Assembly (NCBI GenBank): GCA_963727525.1
Contig: CAVSGO010000007.1
Span: 1,600,001-1,664,000 of the forward strand
DNA: 64,000 nucleotides
From: an uncultured bacterium
GTDB taxonomy: Bacteria > Krumholzibacteriota > Krumholzibacteriia > LZORAL124-64-63
Direction: 5' to 3'
A program made the position numbers and the translations under genes. The notes beneath the pieces were generated by a model. It worked only from the letters and a program-made list of their open reading frames with translations. It was not told the origin of the DNA and did no database searches. Position 1 is the first letter of the stretch, and every line of letters starts with the position of its first letter. Shown here one piece after another: positions 21,118 through 30,474 of this stretch.

Positions 21118-21125
21118 AAGCCGTC

Positions 21126-21154
21126 ATGATATAGCCATCCACAAACCCTGTCCA
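21126..21154 (-). promoter_or_regulatory. sigma70 promoter for rnpB
   Basis: TGGACA-17 nt-TATCAT ending ~8 nt before the rnpB 5' end. Confidence 0.6.
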
Positions 21155-21355
21155 ATCCCTTCCCTGGTGCCAGGGAAATTGTTGTTGGATTCTGGCCGGC
21201 CAGAAAAGCTTGTATATCAATGCTTAAAACATGCCAATAAGGGAATATAACGATCCAATGAAAAAACAAGACCTCGATTCCGGGACGATTGAGGATTTCC
21301 GCGCGGAACCAGAGTGATACTGTATAATCAAGAATTACGACAGAAAGGACTTCGA

Positions 21356-22549
21356 ATGCTACGCCTACACCCGCCGCTTTCCATCCCCATGTTCCTCTGC
21401 ATACTCGCCACCCCCGCCCTTGCCGTTCACATTCCGGTGACGTCGAACGGTGGCGAACCCGGTTCTTTCACGATTCAGGAGGCCGTGGACCAGGCGGCCG
21501 ACGGGGACCAGATCGACCTGGCGCCTGGCACCTACACCGGTTCCGGCAACCGAGACGTGGACCTGCAGGGGAAGGCCATCGTCGTCGCCGGTCCGCTGGC
21601 GGGGAGCGACGCAATCATCGACTGCGGCGGCAGTGAGAACGAGCCCCATCGGGGTTTCGTGTGCCGCAGCGGCGAGTCCGAGTCGACGGAACTGCGTGAC
21701 GTCACGGTCACGGGCGGCTTCGCTCCCGACGACACCGCCGACATCCCCGGTGGCGGCGCCGTGCTGATCGAGAGCTTCAGTTCGCCGAGCTTCACCCGGT
21801 GCACGTTCCGGGACAATGTGGCGGGGACGGGCTCGCAGACGGCGGGCGGGGCGGTATACGCCAATCGCGGCTGCCAGCCCAGGTTCACGGACTGCGTGTT
21901 CGAATCGAACCAGGCTCTGTACGGTGGCGCGGTGGGGCTGAATCACGGTGCACCAGCCACGTTCGTCGGTTGCCGGTTCGCTTCCAACCTCGCCGAGCGT
22001 GGCGGCGTGATCTGGGGCAACCCGAGCACCAAGATCAACTGCGTGTTCGTCTTCAATCTGGGCGTCGATGGTGGGGTCATCTGGCAGAACGGCTTCGGCA
22101 TCGATAGCGCGGAGCACTGCACCTTCGCGTTCAACGGGGGGACGACCGGGGCCGTCTATCACGTCAGCGGCAACTACGATCTGAGGCTGCACGCATGTGT
22201 CGTCGCCCAGAACCACGGCGCGGCCGGAATTCAGGCGAGCGTGCAGGGCGAGGTCGCGCTGACGTGCACGGATCTCTTCGGCAACGAGGGCGGCGACTGG
22301 ATCGCACCGTTCGCCGCCCAGATCGACGCGGCTGGCAACTTCTCGGCGCCGCCGTGCTTCTGCGACGAGTTCGGGGGTGACGTGCATCTGTGCGCCGATT
22401 CGTACTGCCTGCCGGGATTCCACCCCTGGGGATGCCACGAGCTTGTCGGTGCCCTGGACGTGGGATGCGGGACCTGCGGGTGCTCCGACCAGGGCCCGGT
22501 GGCCAACGAGGCCCGGAGCTGGGGCTACGTGAAGTCGCTCTACCGCTGA
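21356..22549 (+). CDS. secreted right-handed beta-helix (Pmp/pectin-lyase-like) protein with short C-terminal tag
   Basis: TATAAT at 21323, GAAAGGA RBS, ATG 21356, signal peptide, TIQEAVDQAADGD cap, repeated FxxNxAxxGGA, Cys-rich tail, ends GPVANEARSWGYVKSLYR. Confidence 0.82.
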   Translation: MLRLHPPLSIPMFLCILATPALAVHIPVTSNGGEPGSFTIQEAVDQAADGDQIDLAPGTYTGSGNRDVDLQGKAIVVAGPLAGSDAIIDCGGSENEPHRGFVCRSGESESTELRDVTVTGGFAPDDTADIPGGGAVLIESFSSPSFTRCTFRDNVAGTGSQTAGGAVYANRGCQPRFTDCVFESNQALYGGAVGLNHGAPATFVGCRFASNLAERGGVIWGNPSTKINCVFVFNLGVDGGVIWQNGFGIDSAEHCTFAFNGGTTGAVYHVSGNYDLRLHACVVAQNHGAAGIQASVQGEVALTCTDLFGNEGGDWIAPFAAQIDAAGNFSAPPCFCDEFGGDVHLCADSYCLPGFHPWGCHELVGALDVGCGTCGCSDQGPVANEARSWGYVKSLYR

Positions 22550-23280
22550 GCGTCGAGAGCCACGTTGGCGAGAAAGTCGGCGTGGGCGTTGCGTTCGCGC
22601 GGCACGTGACGGATCTGGAACTCCCGGAGTTGCTTCGCCAGGTGCTGGACCTGCTGGTAGAGAGGCAGCAGGTCGGGGCTCTTCACGCGGTAGGCGCCGG
22701 TGAGCTGGCGCGCCACCAGCTCACTGTCCAGGAACAGGTGCACGCGCGTCACGCTCCAGCGCTGACAGAACTGCAGCGCGACGAGCACGGCGCGATACTC
22801 GGCCACGTTGTTCGTGGTCGCCCCGATGGCCTCGCCATGGCCACACAGTTCGGGGCCATCCATCTGGCGAAAGACGATGCCAACGGCCGCGGGCCCGGGA
22901 TTGCCGCGGCTGGCACCGTCGGTGAAGATCTCGATCACGGGGCTGCCCTTCGCGGGCAGAGGGCTGCGCTTGAGCGTCGCCGCGGCCGGGATCTCGGGGA
23001 AGGCCCGGCGTTTCGAACGCGGGGCGGGCGCCGGCGGCGCGGCTGCCGCCACACCATTGGCCACGGCGTCGACCTCGGTGTTGAGGTCGCGTCGCCAGAC
23101 CGAGAGGCGGCGGCGGAGTTCGCGCACGGTGAGGCCGCACTCGCGCGCAAAGGGGCGGAGATCGCGGCTGCGTTCGAGCGTGCGCAACAGATCGACGAGG
23201 GTTTCCGGAACCCTGGTGTCGGTCTTCGAATCGGCCTTCGGATCGGTATTGGCGTCGCCCTTGGCGTCGGTCATCGTCAT
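22540..23280 (-). CDS. rnhA: ribonuclease HI with N-terminal extension
   Basis: FTDGASRGNPGPA, TNNVAEY, DSELV, HVPRERNAHADFLAN. Confidence 0.9.
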   Translation of the reverse strand: MTMTDAKGDANTDPKADSKTDTRVPETLVDLLRTLERSRDLRPFARECGLTVRELRRRLSVWRRDLNTEVDAVANGVAAAAPPAPAPRSKRRAFPEIPAAATLKRSPLPAKGSPVIEIFTDGASRGNPGPAAVGIVFRQMDGPELCGHGEAIGATTNNVAEYRAVLVALQFCQRWSVTRVHLFLDSELVARQLTGAYRVKSPDLLPLYQQVQHLAKQLREFQIRHVPRERNAHADFLANVALDAQR

Positions 23281-24014
23281 CACATCCACTCGCCGCGCCG
23301 TAGACCGCGGCGTGCCACGATGAATCGACCGCACCCGTTGCAGGTCGGGACTTCACGGTCGCGATCGACGTCCACGGCCTTCTGGGCCGGGAGCTGATAG
23401 CCGCAAGCATCACAGGCACCGCCCACGATGCCGGCGATGGGATTGCCGAGCTGGGTCGCCAGGCGTTTCAGCCGCGCGGCCATCGGCGCCGGCAGCCGCT
23501 TCAGGACGGCCTGCAGATCCTGCGTCACCTCCAGACCGGCCACGGACGCATGCTCCCGTCGCTGAGCGAGATCGCCCTGACGCTCGACGATCTGGGAGCG
23601 CTGACGGTCCACGGTCTCCGTCGTCTCCGCCAGCGACGCGGTCTGGGCGTCGGCGGCCTCCCAGCTCGCGATGAGCTCGGCCTCGAGCGCGTCGCGCTTC
23701 ACCTGGAGATGCTCCAGTTCACTGGCCAGAGCGGCCGCGCTGTGGGCGTCGTGAATCCGAGCCCGGCGGGCCCGGCGTACCTGGAGACGCGCCTCGAGAT
23801 CGCGCAGTTCGCCCTCGAGCCGATGCGCCTGGCGGCGACGGTCGGCCACGATGGCGGCAGCGTCCGTGAGGTCCGCGGTGTACTCGGCACTCAGGCCAGT
23901 GAGGTGGGCATCGCGACCGGCGGCCTCACTCACGACCGTCCTCGCACGAACCAGTTCCTCGTAGAGACCTGCCACTTCGCGCAGATCGTGCAGGATCGGA
24001 CCAATCTCGTCCAT
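23280..24014 (-). CDS. coiled-coil/C4 zinc-ribbon protein (DUF164-like)
   Basis: Long coiled coil, then CDAC...CNGCGR; typical neighbour of RNase HI and rnpB. Confidence 0.85.
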   Translation of the reverse strand: MDEIGPILHDLREVAGLYEELVRARTVVSEAAGRDAHLTGLSAEYTADLTDAAAIVADRRRQAHRLEGELRDLEARLQVRRARRARIHDAHSAAALASELEHLQVKRDALEAELIASWEAADAQTASLAETTETVDRQRSQIVERQGDLAQRREHASVAGLEVTQDLQAVLKRLPAPMAARLKRLATQLGNPIAGIVGGACDACGYQLPAQKAVDVDRDREVPTCNGCGRFIVARRGLRRGEWM

Positions 24015-24044
24015 GACTTCTCAGCACTCCCCTGACGGACAGCA

Positions 24045-24070
24045 AGAAAGGGTGCCGGGGCACCCTTTCT
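24045..24070 (-). terminator. terminator hairpin after the tRNA pair
   Basis: AGAAAGGGTGCC/GGCACCCTTTCT inverted repeat. Confidence 0.75.
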
Positions 24071-24117
24071 CTCATCATCATGGTCAGGCGACCCGAGTCG
24101 CGGCTGGCGCAGGACGG

Positions 24118-24194
24118 TGGTGGGCGATACTGGACTCGAACCAGTGACCTCTCGCGTGTGAGGCGAGCGCTCTAGCCAGCTGAGCTAATCGCCC
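24118..24194 (-). tRNA. tRNA-Val(CAC)
   Basis: Cloverleaf GGGCGATTAGCTCAG...CT-CAC-AC...GTTCGAGTC...CACCA with encoded CCA. Confidence 0.96.
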
Positions 24195-24236
24195 ATCGTC
24201 CTGTCACTTGCGCATGGATCGCCTACCTAGGGGCCG

Positions 24237-24312
24237 TGGTGGGCCCACCAGGATTTGAACCTGGGACCAGCCGGTTATGAGCCGGCCGCTCTGACCGCTG
24301 AGCTATGGGCCC
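24237..24312 (-). tRNA. tRNA with CAT anticodon, probably tRNA-Ile2 (lysidine) rather than Met
   Basis: Cloverleaf GGGCCCATAGCTCAG...CT-CAT-AA...ACCA; no fMet features (no C1 mismatch, no three G-C pairs closing the anticodon stem); lies right after rpoD like E. coli ileX. Confidence 0.9.
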
Positions 24313-24329
24313 CAAAAACCGGGACCCGC

Positions 24330-24358
24330 AAGATAATCGGTTCCCACCGGGCGGTCAA
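24330..24358 (-). promoter_or_regulatory. sigma70 promoter for the tRNA pair
   Basis: TTGACC-17 nt-TATCTT. Confidence 0.6.
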
Positions 24359-24426
24359 CCCCGGGTCAGAGGGGGCCGGACGCGGGTTGCACCGGGGATC
24401 GCGTCCCGCCGATCGCCATCCCGGCC

Positions 24427-26157
24427 TCACATCATCTCGCCGTAGCCCTTCAGCTTGCGGCTGCGGCTGGGGTGGCGCAGCTTGCGCAGGGCCTTGGCCT
24501 CGATCTGGCGGACGCGCTCGCGCGTGACCTTGAAGATCGTGCCCACCTCTTCGAGGGTGCGCGGCGTGCCGTCGCCGAGGCCGAAGCGCAGGCGGATGAC
24601 CTTCTCCTCGCGGCGGCTCAGCGTGGAGAGCACCTTGGTGAGCTGGTCTTTCAGCATGCTCTGCACCGCGGTGCGCGCGGGCGAGGGCGCATTCTCGTCC
24701 TCAATGAAGTCGCTCAGACTGCTGTCCTCGTCCTCACCGATGGGGCGGTCGATCGACACCGGCTCCATGCTGGCCTTGATGACGCTCTGCACCTTCTCCA
24801 ACGGCATCACCAGACGCCCGGAGATCTCCTCCGGTGTGGGATCGCGGCCCAGCTCCTGCAGCATGGTTCGGCTCGTCTTGTTGACCTTGTTGATGGCCTC
24901 GATCATGTGCACGGGTACGCGAATGGTACGCGCTTGATCCGCGATGGCGCGGGTGATGGCCTGGCGGATCCACCACGTCGCGTAGGTGGAGAACTTGTAG
25001 CCCTTGCGATAGTCGAATTTCTCGACGGCGCGCATCAGGCCGCTGTTGCCCTCCTGGATGAGGTCGAGGAATTCGAGGCCGCGATTCGTGTAACGCTTGG
25101 CGATGGAGATCACCAGACGCACGTTGGCCTCGATCATCTCGCGCTGAGCCGCTTCGACCTGGCGCTTGCCCTGTACGATGTCCTCGCCTAGGCGGGCCAG
25201 CTCGTCGCGGCCGAAGCCGATCTCGCGCTCGATCTCCTGCGCCCGTTTGCGGTAGTTCTTGATCTGCCTGTACGACTCGTGCACGACCTCGCGCTGACCG
25301 TCGTTCAGGTTGGGGCCGTTACCCTTGATGGCCGCCGCCATCTCCCCGAAAGGCACGCGCGCATCCTGCTCGCAGCGCCCGATGCGCTCCTCGAGATCCC
25401 TCACCTTGGAATGCACGAGCAGCACCTTGTTCGATAGCGACTCGATCATCTCCGGAGCCAGGTTGAGATCGAGAAAAGCGTCGAGGATCTTCTTCTCGCG
25501 CGCATGGCCCATGCGGGTGAGCGTGGCCACGCGCGTGCTGTTGGTGCAGCTCGCCAGTTCGCCTTTGTACTGCACGATCTCGCGTTGCATCTTCTCGATA
25601 GCATCGAGGGTACGCAGGATGCGCTTGCCCTCCTTCACCGGCGACTGCTGCACACTCCAGGTGCTCGTGTCGATCTGGACGACCTTTTCCAGCGGTATCG
25701 ACTCGGCCATGAGCTGACTCGCCGCCTGACGCAGCTCGCGCATCGCGTGACCGCAGCGCAGCGTGGAGCGGATCACGGTGATGCGCCCCTGCTCCATACG
25801 CTTGGCCAGGTTCACCTCGCCCTGGCGCGTGAGGAGGGGCACGCGCCCCATCTCGCGCAGGTACATGCGCACCGGATCGTCGTACTTGATGTTGCTGCGC
25901 AGGGCTTTCTTGGCGGTGACCGCCTTCTTCTTCTCCTTGCGCTGCCGCGTGGCGAGCTTCTTGCCGGCCTCCTCCGCGTTGTCGAAGAAGTCGATCTGCA
26001 ATTCGGCGAGTTTCTCGTAGATCCGTTCGACGAGGTCCAGGTCGAACTCGGCCTCACCGAGGAGCTCGTTGATGTCGTCGTTCAGGATGAAGCCGCCGCG
26101 CTCCTTGGCCTTGCGCCGCACACCCTCGACGAGTCCCTCGAGACGGTCCTTCTCCAT
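24427..26157 (-). CDS. rpoD: RNA polymerase primary sigma factor
   Basis: [54 protein letters not shown]. Confidence 0.98.
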   Translation of the reverse strand: MEKDRLEGLVEGVRRKAKERGGFILNDDINELLGEAEFDLDLVERIYEKLAELQIDFFDNAEEAGKKLATRQRKEKKKAVTAKKALRSNIKYDDPVRMYLREMGRVPLLTRQGEVNLAKRMEQGRITVIRSTLRCGHAMRELRQAASQLMAESIPLEKVVQIDTSTWSVQQSPVKEGKRILRTLDAIEKMQREIVQYKGELASCTNSTRVATLTRMGHAREKKILDAFLDLNLAPEMIESLSNKVLLVHSKVRDLEERIGRCEQDARVPFGEMAAAIKGNGPNLNDGQREVVHESYRQIKNYRKRAQEIEREIGFGRDELARLGEDIVQGKRQVEAAQREMIEANVRLVISIAKRYTNRGLEFLDLIQEGNSGLMRAVEKFDYRKGYKFSTYATWWIRQAITRAIADQARTIRVPVHMIEAINKVNKTSRTMLQELGRDPTPEEISGRLVMPLEKVQSVIKASMEPVSIDRPIGEDEDSSLSDFIEDENAPSPARTAVQSMLKDQLTKVLSTLSRREEKVIRLRFGLGDGTPRTLEEVGTIFKVTRERVRQIEAKALRKLRHPSRSRKLKGYGEMM

Positions 26158-26232
26158 ACGATCGTGGCTCCCTGTTTATGATACCGCCCACGCGGCAACC
26201 GCGGCCCCCGGGGTATCGCGCTCCGTGTCTCG

Positions 26233-27969
26233 TTAGCCTCGGTCGAACGCCCGGGCCTGGTGCAGTCTCTCGAGGGACTCACGCACGGCCCGGTCAAAGT
26301 CTCCCTCCGCAGGATAGTACTCAGGTCGCTCGAGCAGATCGGTCACCCAGCGACGATAGCTCGCGTCCTGCACGTGCCAGCGCTGCTGCACGAAATCAGC
26401 CGGCCCCAGCGTGGTACTGTGCGCGGACTCCGACGCCCAGACTTCCAGCTCGCCGACCAGCACGGTGGCCGCCGGCGTCATGAACGTCAGTTCGCCCCGT
26501 TCCGCGAGGAAACGCGAGGCAGCCTGTCCCGTGGTATCACGCAGCACGTGCGCGAAGAGTTCCGCTTCAACGACCTCGCGCCGTACCGTGGTGAAGGTGC
26601 GAAACTGCGGCGGTCGCGGTCGCGCAACCGTCGATGCCACCTCGTCCTCGCTCGCCTCATCCTCGGCCGTGGCGACCACGGGCCGCAGGCCGGTGGCCAT
26701 GCCTGCCAGGGTGGCTCGCGCCACCTCGGGCGGCAGGCCGAAGAGCTCGGCGGTCTCCTGCAGCATCAGCTCGCGGCGCATGGGATCCGACACGGCGGCC
26801 ACCGTCGTGAGGGCCTGGCGTGCGCCCTTCTCGCGCGCGAAGCGATCGTCGCCCGCCGCGACGACGGCATCGTGCAGGAAGTGCAGGTAGGGCACCGCCG
26901 CGTCAAGCACCTCGCGCACGGCTTCCGCACCGCCCTGCATCGCGAGATCGCAGGGATCCACGCCCGCCGGCAAGCTCGCCACCTCGGCCTCGAGCCCGGC
27001 GCTCAGTGCGAGGTGACTGCTCTTGACCGCCGCCTTGCGCCCGGCGAAATCGCCGTCGAAGAGCATGACGACCTTGCGCGCGCCACGTCGCAAGAGTCGG
27101 GCCTGATCCACCGTGAAGGACGTGCCGCACGTAGCCACGACGTTCGCGATGCCGATCTGGGCCAGGGCCATCAAATCGAGATACCCCTCGACGAGTACCG
27201 CCGTCTTGCTCCGGGCAATGACCATACGGGAAGCGTCGAATCCATAAAGAAGCTTCCCCTTGGTAAAATACGGACTGTCGGAGGAGTTGAGGTACTTGGG
27301 CTCACCCGGCCCCAGGACGCGTCCGCCGAACCCGGCGACCTGGCGGGCAATGTTCCGAATAGGAAAGATAATGCGGTCGCGGAAATAGGCAAACGATCCG
27401 CCCCGGTCGCCCCGCCGCACAAGTCCCGCCGAGACAGCGAGTTCCTCGCTCACGCCCGCCTTCGCCAGCCACCGGGGCAGCCAATCGCCGGCCGGGGCGA
27501 ATCCCACGTCGTAGCGATCGAGGATCTCGGGGGCGAAGCCGCGATCATCGAGGTACTCGCGGGAGGGCTGACCCCGTCGCTCGTCCTGGAATGCCTCGCG
27601 AAAGGCGGAAACGGCCATCTCGTTGGCCCGGAAGAAGGCCCGCTTCTCCCCCTCGTCGGATCCCGCCTGGAGAAACTGCGCAAGGTCGATGTCCAGGGTA
27701 CGAGCCAGCGTTTCCACCGCCTCGGGAAAGGCGATGCCCTCGACGGCCATCAGGAAGGCGATGGCATCGCCGCCCTCGCCGCAGCCGAAGCACTTGTAAC
27801 TCTGACGCGTGGGATTGACGGTGAAGCTCGGCGTCTTTTCGCGGTGGAACGGACACAGACCCTTGTACCCCGACCCCGCCGGCCGGAGCGGTACGTACCG
27901 TCCCACGAGCTCGACGATGTCGGTGTCGTCCTTGATCCTGGCGATGATCTCGGGTGGAAACGCCGTCAT
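26233..27969 (-). CDS. dnaG: DNA primase
   Basis: CPFH...CFGC zinc finger, FRDRIIFP, PKYLNS, EGYLD, FDGD TOPRIM. Confidence 0.97.
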   Translation of the reverse strand: MTAFPPEIIARIKDDTDIVELVGRYVPLRPAGSGYKGLCPFHREKTPSFTVNPTRQSYKCFGCGEGGDAIAFLMAVEGIAFPEAVETLARTLDIDLAQFLQAGSDEGEKRAFFRANEMAVSAFREAFQDERRGQPSREYLDDRGFAPEILDRYDVGFAPAGDWLPRWLAKAGVSEELAVSAGLVRRGDRGGSFAYFRDRIIFPIRNIARQVAGFGGRVLGPGEPKYLNSSDSPYFTKGKLLYGFDASRMVIARSKTAVLVEGYLDLMALAQIGIANVVATCGTSFTVDQARLLRRGARKVVMLFDGDFAGRKAAVKSSHLALSAGLEAEVASLPAGVDPCDLAMQGGAEAVREVLDAAVPYLHFLHDAVVAAGDDRFAREKGARQALTTVAAVSDPMRRELMLQETAELFGLPPEVARATLAGMATGLRPVVATAEDEASEDEVASTVARPRPPQFRTFTTVRREVVEAELFAHVLRDTTGQAASRFLAERGELTFMTPAATVLVGELEVWASESAHSTTLGPADFVQQRWHVQDASYRRWVTDLLERPEYYPAEGDFDRAVRESLERLHQARAFDRG

Positions 27970-28167
27970 GTTGCCGCCGCGAGCCGCCTCCTGCCTCGTC
28001 AGGCGCCACTATCAGATGCGATCTTGCAAATTAGCATGATTATGGGCAAACAACAAGCAGGAGCCAGGCAAGCAGGACCCAGGACACCTGATGCCTTTGA
28101 ATAGTCGTGCCGGAAATCGTGTAACTCGACTCGTCGGTCCGCGTAGTGCGACCGCAGGAGGTCCACC

Positions 28168-28398
28168 GTGTACAGAACCCTGCGCTCATTCCGCTTCCTT
28201 TTCACCGCCCCGCTGATCCTGGCGATCTGCTTCGTCGTCGCACGCATGACCAGCGGCGACTGGTTCCACTGGGCCGCCCTCGGCATCGGCATCGCCTGGT
28301 TCTTCGCGCTCCTGCGCGTCATCCAGGCCATCATCGTGGTCGGTGGCCTGGCCGCGTTCATGGCGTGGTTGTCGCGCCGGAAGCCGCCGGCGGGCTGA
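28168..28398 (+). CDS. small hypothetical membrane protein
   Basis: AGGAGG RBS before GTG; 76 aa, largely hydrophobic. Confidence 0.65.
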   Translation: MYRTLRSFRFLFTAPLILAICFVVARMTSGDWFHWAALGIGIAWFFALLRVIQAIIVVGGLAAFMAWLSRRKPPAG

Positions 28399-28592
28399 AC
28401 CCGTCTGCGAGGCGCTTCGGGCTGGCCCCGTTCCACATGGCCCCGTTCCACGCTTTACCGCGGCCGCCGGCCCTGATAAGATGATGAACGGCGCGTTCTT
28501 TCCGTGCGCGGGATTCCCCCGCGCAGCCGATCGGCGCGCCGATTCCTCGCCTGACCCGGTATCCTCTGGACCGCGGAGAAGAGCGCGACCTC

Positions 28593-30017
28593 ATGACGCC
28601 CGTCGAAGGACCGCTCGTCGTCGATCTCGACGGCACGCTCATCCGCAGCGATCTGCTCTACGAGAGCCTGTTTCGCCTGCTGTCCACGCGCCCCGGCGAC
28701 GCGTGGCGATTGCCGTTCTGGCTCGCCCGGGGCCGCAGCACCCTCAAGGCCCGGATCGCAGAGCGTGTCACTCTCGAGCCGGCCACCCTGCCGCTGGTGC
28801 AGGAGGTCATTGACCTCGCGCGGTCGGAGAAGGCGCGTGGCCGCCGGGTGTGCCTGGCGACGGCGTCCACGCGCGCGCTGGCGGACATCGTGGCCGCGCA
28901 TCTGGGGTGCTTCGACGACGTGCTGGCCTCCGACGAGTCCCTCAACCTTTCCGGCACGCGCAAGGCCGAGCGGCTCTGTCAGGAGTACGGAGACGGGCAG
29001 TTCGACTACGTAGGCGACTCGCGCACCGATCTCGCGGTCTGGGCGCACGCGCGCCGGGCCATCGCGGTGAACTGCTCGCGCACGACGCTGCACGCGCTGC
29101 GCAAGCGCCATCCCGACGCCGTGTGCCTCGCCCCGCGACGTACGCGCCTGTGGGACTACGTTCGTCTGGTGCGCGTGCACCAATGGGTGAAGAACGCGTT
29201 GCTCTTCCTGCCGATGCTGATGGCGCACGCCCTGGCACCGGAAAAGATCGGTACCCTCTCGCTCGCGTTCCTCGCATTCTCGAGTGTGGCGTCGTCGGTG
29301 TACCTGATCAACGATCTCCTCGACCTGACGGCCGACCGCGACCACGCCACCAAGCGTCGGCGTCCCCTGGCCAGCGGCGCCGTGCCGCTTCTGCACGCCA
29401 TGGTCATGGCCCCCGTCCTGCTGCTGTTCGGCGGCGCGCTGGCGGCCACGATCTCCCTGCCCTTCCTGGGTATCCTCGCCTCGTACTTCGCGGTGACCCT
29501 GGCCTACAGCCTCATCTTGAAGCGGCAAGCCGTCGTCGACGTGCTCGTGCTCGCGGGTCTCTACACGCTGCGGCTCATCGCCGGCGGTATCGCCGCCCGC
29601 GTGCCCCTGTCGGCCTGGCTGCTCGCGTTCTCGATGTTCCTGTTCCTGTGCCTCGCCCTGGTCAAACGCCACACCGAGCTGCATGCCCGCGTCAGTGCCG
29701 GCAGGGGCGATCCGCGCGGGCGCGGCTACCATCTCGCCGACATGCCCATCCTCGAGGCCCTCGCGGGGGCGGCGGGCTACTCGGCGGTGGTCGTGCTGGC
29801 CCTGTACGTCAACAGCCCCGTGGTCACCGAGCTGTATCGCCGGCCCGAGGGACTCTGGTTCGTTTGCGTGCTGTTGCTGTACTGGGTGAGCCGCGTGCTG
29901 CTGCTGATGCACCGTGGCGAGATGAACGACGATCCCGTGGTCTTCGCCCTGAAGGACCGCACGAGCCTGATCACCGTCCTTCTGGCTGGCATCGTCAGCG
30001 TCATCAGCGTGCTATGA
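28593..30017 (+). CDS. HAD-like domain + UbiA prenyltransferase fusion (polyprenyl-phosphate phosphoribosyltransferase-like)
   Basis: VVDLDGTL (HAD), HQWVKN, YLINDLLDLTADRDHATKRRRPLASG, GEMNDDPVVFALKD. Confidence 0.9.
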   Translation: MTPVEGPLVVDLDGTLIRSDLLYESLFRLLSTRPGDAWRLPFWLARGRSTLKARIAERVTLEPATLPLVQEVIDLARSEKARGRRVCLATASTRALADIVAAHLGCFDDVLASDESLNLSGTRKAERLCQEYGDGQFDYVGDSRTDLAVWAHARRAIAVNCSRTTLHALRKRHPDAVCLAPRRTRLWDYVRLVRVHQWVKNALLFLPMLMAHALAPEKIGTLSLAFLAFSSVASSVYLINDLLDLTADRDHATKRRRPLASGAVPLLHAMVMAPVLLLFGGALAATISLPFLGILASYFAVTLAYSLILKRQAVVDVLVLAGLYTLRLIAGGIAARVPLSAWLLAFSMFLFLCLALVKRHTELHARVSAGRGDPRGRGYHLADMPILEALAGAAGYSAVVVLALYVNSPVVTELYRRPEGLWFVCVLLLYWVSRVLLLMHRGEMNDDPVVFALKDRTSLITVLLAGIVSVISVL

Positions 30018-30427
30018 GTTCTCTCGACTCGCTCGGATTCGCCGCTCGCTACGCCTTCTTCGCCGGCATCGCCGCGCTGGTGAACATCGGCGCGCAGTGG
30101 TTGTGGTTCCACACGTACGACGGCCCGCACGCGCTCGGTGCGGCGCTCGCCGTCGGCACCGGCGCGGGCCTGCTCGTGAAGTACGTGCTCGACAAGCGGT
30201 GGATCTTCTACGACCGCGAGACCCGCCTGATCGCCCGGGGACGCCAGTTCATCCTCTACAGCCTGATGGGCGTGGGCACGACCGTGATCTTCTGGGGCAC
30301 CGAGATCATCTTCGACCACATCGGCCACGGCCCCGCCTGGAAGTACCTCGGCGGCGCGATCGGGCTGACGTTGGGCTACCTCACGAAATACCGCCTGGAT
30401 AAGCGCTTCGTGTTCCGGTCGATCTGA
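30014..30427 (+). CDS. GtrA-family membrane protein
   Basis: ATGA overlap with the UbiA gene; four TM segments; KYVLDKRWIF and KYRLDKRFVF repeats. Confidence 0.88.
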   Translation: MSSLDSLGFAARYAFFAGIAALVNIGAQWLWFHTYDGPHALGAALAVGTGAGLLVKYVLDKRWIFYDRETRLIARGRQFILYSLMGVGTTVIFWGTEIIFDHIGHGPAWKYLGGAIGLTLGYLTKYRLDKRFVFRSI

Positions 30428-30474
30428 GCCCACCTTATTCACGCGATAGCGTGAATAAGTGGGCTGAGGCGACG

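Noticed and set aside
20586-21269. Short ORFs across 20586-21269
   Set aside because: They overlap the RNase P RNA gene and its promoter.
24020-24040. CIRCE-like half site TCAGCACTC
   Set aside because: No matching second arm; it overlaps the RBS region of the zinc-ribbon gene.
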